NCBI RefSeq assembly: GCF_006345805.1
Contig: NC_043000.1
Span: 84,010,001-84,074,000 of the forward strand
Source of the DNA: Octopus sinensis
Taxonomy: Eukaryota
Reading direction: 5' to 3'
Length of the DNA stretch: 64,000 nucleotides
In this document: piece by piece, positions 63,719 through 64,000 of the stretch
Layout: each line of letters starts with the position of its first letter
Position numbering within the stretch: the stretch's first letter is position 1
Notes under the pieces: generated by a model
Told to the model about the DNA's origin: nothing
Seen by the model: the letters and a program-made list of their open reading frames with translations, nothing else
Databases searched by the model: none
Position numbers and translations under genes: made by a program

Positions 63719-63825
63719 AGAATGCCATTTCTTCATGTTGCATTAAAGAAGTTTCTTCGTGTGGAACGTCATTTTCGACGTTCCACTCTGTTGGCTTTTA
63801 CTGCAGCAGTTTTTTGAGCCATGAG
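63719..63825 (+). CDS. weak candidate host exon
   Basis: CTATTGCAG acceptor and GAG|GTAATA donor. In phase 0 it reads RMPFLHVALKKFLRVERHFRRSTLLAFTAAVF*. The acceptor has a poor pyrimidine tract. Confidence 0.2.
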
Positions 63826-64000
63826 GTAATATTTTGATGTTTCTCTTGTGATTTGCCATTCCAAGCTGTTCCTTTAACTGTCAATACATCTTTCTGTGTG
63901 CATGTTAATGCGTAATTGTATATGACACTATTACACAAACACACACACATACAGATACTTATATATAATATATTATATTATATATATATATATATATATA

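Overview
AT-rich, repeat-saturated eukaryotic DNA. No complete host gene could be supported; most ORF-track entries are translations of microsatellites. The SINE set and the (TATG)n/(ATCT)n/(AAT)n/(TA)n load look like an octopus or other coleoid cephalopod genome (recognition from memory, not a database result). Contents: (1) about 25 tRNA-derived SINE copies of at least three types; (2) at least 8 decayed R4/Dong-type RLE LINE fragments, mostly at (TAA)n tracts, including a minus-strand stack at 7.9-16 kb and a near-full-length copy at 19.1-22.4 kb; (3) a Tx1/L1-like 3' fragment inside (ATCT)n; (4) a Penelope-like GIY-YIG fragment in an inverted arrangement, plus two degenerate hammerhead-ribozyme motifs; (5) mariner and pogo/Tigger remnants, MITEs and a 660-bp fold-back; (6) three weak candidate host exons at 50.7-63.8 kb. 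The best candidate for an undescribed system is at 40.0-41.5 kb. A SINE is split between its A and B boxes, with a 17-bp TSD, by two tandem 5'-truncated inserts. These encode homologous C-termini of an unrecognised non-RT protein and both end in AATAAAGAA. A SINE subfamily that shares its 3' tail with the Tx1-like LINE appears inserted at the equivalent position of another SINE. My inference is a Tx1-driven set of non-autonomous elements that target SINE heads.
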